From assembly GCA_964371595.1 (NCBI GenBank), contig CAYJNJ010000002.1:40274-104273 (forward strand): a stretch of 64,000 nt of DNA, in the 5' to 3' direction. The number at the start of each line of letters is the position of its first letter. Within the stretch, counting starts at the first letter, position 1. Of this stretch, positions 62,448 through 64,000 are shown piece after piece. Origin of the DNA: an uncultured Bacteroidales bacterium. Lineage in GTDB: Bacteria; Bacteroidota; Bacteroidia; Bacteroidales; JAGOPY01. Position numbers and translations under genes: made by a program. The notes beneath the pieces were generated by a model. It ran no database searches, was not told the origin of the DNA, and saw nothing but the letters and a program-made list of their open reading frames with translations.

Positions 62448-64000
62448 TCATATTTTAAATTGAAGGATTATTTCAACTCCTGGGCTTTCTGACGACTGAT
62501 GATCCCTCGTCGCAGGCTCCTCGGGACATGCTGAAGACTGAAGACTGAAGGAAATATCTGATTCCTGTGCCCTCCTCCTCATATTGACCAGGCCATTGCC
62601 ATGCGACCCTTTCTGAATCTTACCGGAAGAAACAATTCCTACACCATCATCTTTCAGACGGATAATACAAATATTCTCTTTCAGTTCGGCCCTGAATTCA
62701 ACATTCCCGGCCCCGGAATGCCTGATAATATTATGTAACCCTTCTTTCAGGATCAAAAATGCGTCATTACGGATCTTTTCCTTCAGAATAATCGGGGCAT
62801 CGGGTATTTCAATTGCCGCAATGAAATTGATATGGTTATCTGTAAGGATTTCAAGCATATAATTGCTTGTTTTTGAGATGAGACTTTGTAAGGAATCATT
62901 ACGGGGAGATGTCATCCAGATAATATCGGAAATAGATTGCAGCGCCGTTTGGGTAAGCCCGGCTATTTTTACAGAAAGCTTCCTGAAATCAGCGCGTGAG
63001 GGCTCATCCATGCCTTTTAGGGTTTCAGCATAGATGGAAATGCTCCCCAGGGTTGATGCAAGGTCATCGTGCAAGTCGCGCGACAATTTTTCGCGCAGAT
63101 CAAGCTTTTCCTTCTGTGCCAGCCTTCTAAGCAGTATCCTGCCTATAAACAGGTCTGACAATGCAAGAAAAACCAAAGCTATCACAGGGGCTATAAAAAA
63201 TGACGCTGAGGGCCATAAATAAAGGAAAAACCGGTTGATAAAAACAAAGACGATAAAAATAAAACCACTTGCCAGCCAACGGAACAAGGCGATACTCCGT
63301 GTGCTCTTACGCAAATGAACATTGTAAAAAAACAGCAACAGGATTATAAGCGCATGTTTTACTATTTCAGGCTGCTTTTCCTGGTTTGAAAAGAAACGTT
63401 CGAGCTTGTTCCCGCTTTCAGTGTAAAAAGCCTTAAATCCAGTCAGCTCATTGATTTTCATTGACATTCCAGCAGCCACATTTTCCACCTTCAATGTATC
63501 TGATGAAGAAGGAAACTTCACCAGGGCATAATACGAAGCGCCCGGTTCAACACCAAAAATCAATTCTTTTTCTGAAACGGACCCATAACCACTTCCGCCA
63601 TTCAATTCACGGTACCCTGCAAGGACTTTTTCCCGGGGCCGGCCATCAATCCTGTACAGCCAAACCTTAGCGCCGACAGCATCTTTATTGGAGCGTACCC
63701 CTTTTAGTTCAAATTTGACATAGCTTTTCTTTTCAGTATTATTCAGGAACAGGTTGCTGTTACCGTTAACATAGTTGGCTACATAAAGATCGGGGTCACC
63801 ATCGTTGTCAACATCCCCGGCAGCGCAACCCGTGCAATACCCGCCGAGCTCTGCGCCAAAAGCCGCCGTGACGTCGGAGAAATGAATTCCGTTCATGTTT
63901 TTATACAGTACATTTTCCCCCACATTGGTAACATACAGATCCTGGTAACCGTCGAGGTCAAAGTCGGCAAACACTGCACCGTTGCTCATAAAGTTTTCAG
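62448..64000 (-). CDS. hybrid sensor: FG-GAP/VCBS plus ASPIC/UnbV-like extracytoplasmic region fused to a HisKA_3-type histidine kinase (N-terminus outside window)
   Basis: The frame stays open to base 64000. FG-GAP units are FADFDLDGYQDLYV and GDVDNDGDPDLYV. The UnbV-like block is NKDAVGAKVWLY...NGGSGYGS. There are three TMs, the H-box LSRDLHDDLASTL and the HATPase block GNGLVNMRRRA. Confidence 0.8.
   Translation of the reverse strand, partial: ENFMSNGAVFADFDLDGYQDLYVTNVGENVLYKNMNGIHFSDVTAAFGAELGGYCTGCAAGDVDNDGDPDLYVANYVNGNSNLFLNNTEKKSYVKFELKGVRSNKDAVGAKVWLYRIDGRPREKVLAGYRELNGGSGYGSVSEKELIFGVEPGASYYALVKFPSSSDTLKVENVAAGMSMKINELTGFKAFYTESGNKLERFFSNQEKQPEIVKHALIILLLFFYNVHLRKSTRSIALFRWLASGFIFIVFVFINRFFLYLWPSASFFIAPVIALVFLALSDLFIGRILLRRLAQKEKLDLREKLSRDLHDDLASTLGSISIYAETLKGMDEPSRADFRKLSVKIAGLTQTALQSISDIIWMTSPRNDSLQSLISKTSNYMLEILTDNHINFIAAIEIPDAPIILKEKIRNDAFLILKEGLHNIIRHSGAGNVEFRAELKENICIIRLKDDGVGIVSSGKIQKGSHGNGLVNMRRRAQESDISFSLQSSACPEEPATRDHQSSESPGVEIILQFKI

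Overview
This 64-kb chromosomal segment looks like a Bacteroidota genome. Supporting signs are at least five proteins ending in type-IX-secretion (T9SS) C-terminal sorting domains, a CarboxypepD_reg-type TonB-dependent receptor, DUF4476, DUF4397 and FISUMP families, and LytTR and sigma-54 two-component systems. I recognised no rRNA, tRNA, CRISPR array, transposase or integrase. Gene order: ICMT-family fragment, SugE/Gdx exporter, lipoprotein GH47 mannosidase, TonB-dependent receptor, di-haem cytochrome c peroxidase, FtsX/MacB-type permease and CstA. Then a thioredoxin-ApbE fusion with DUF4266 and DUF3570, and an NtrB/NtrC-like sigma-54 two-component pair followed by a DUF4398 lipoprotein and two L,D-transpeptidases. 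Then a leucine-catabolism set (methylcrotonyl-CoA carboxylase beta and alpha, enoyl-CoA hydratase, acyl-CoA dehydrogenase) and DUF4476. Three regions stand out as poorly understood. (1) A single-gene DUF4062-NB-ARC-TPR STAND NTPase at 27356-30058 has NLR/Avs-like architecture. (2) A tight 5-gene operon at 30344-36103 encodes radical-SAM/SPASM, SDR, B12-radical-SAM, membrane GT2 and DegT aminotransferase proteins, with unknown product. (3) A 6-gene minus-strand operon at 36060-43786 encodes two T9SS cargo proteins, CotH kinase-like, HlyD-like, VTC polyphosphate-polymerase-like and DUF4956 proteins. A LytS/LytTR pair precedes it and a second divergent CotH gene faces it. The rest of the window holds a GH3-family ligase, small membrane proteins, a TPR protein, a FISUMP protein, an RCK potassium-channel homologue with a non-canonical filter, a DUF4143 ATPase, a 5x229-aa DUF4397 repeat T9SS protein and a NarL-type two-component pair. 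At the DNA level, nearly every intergenic spacer is filled with phased 7- or 8-nt tandem arrays, long imperfect hairpins built from such arrays, or a REP-like hairpin family. These often begin within a few bases of a stop codon, and in some cases they run into coding sequence. All functional calls come from reading motifs in the translations by eye; no database search was run.
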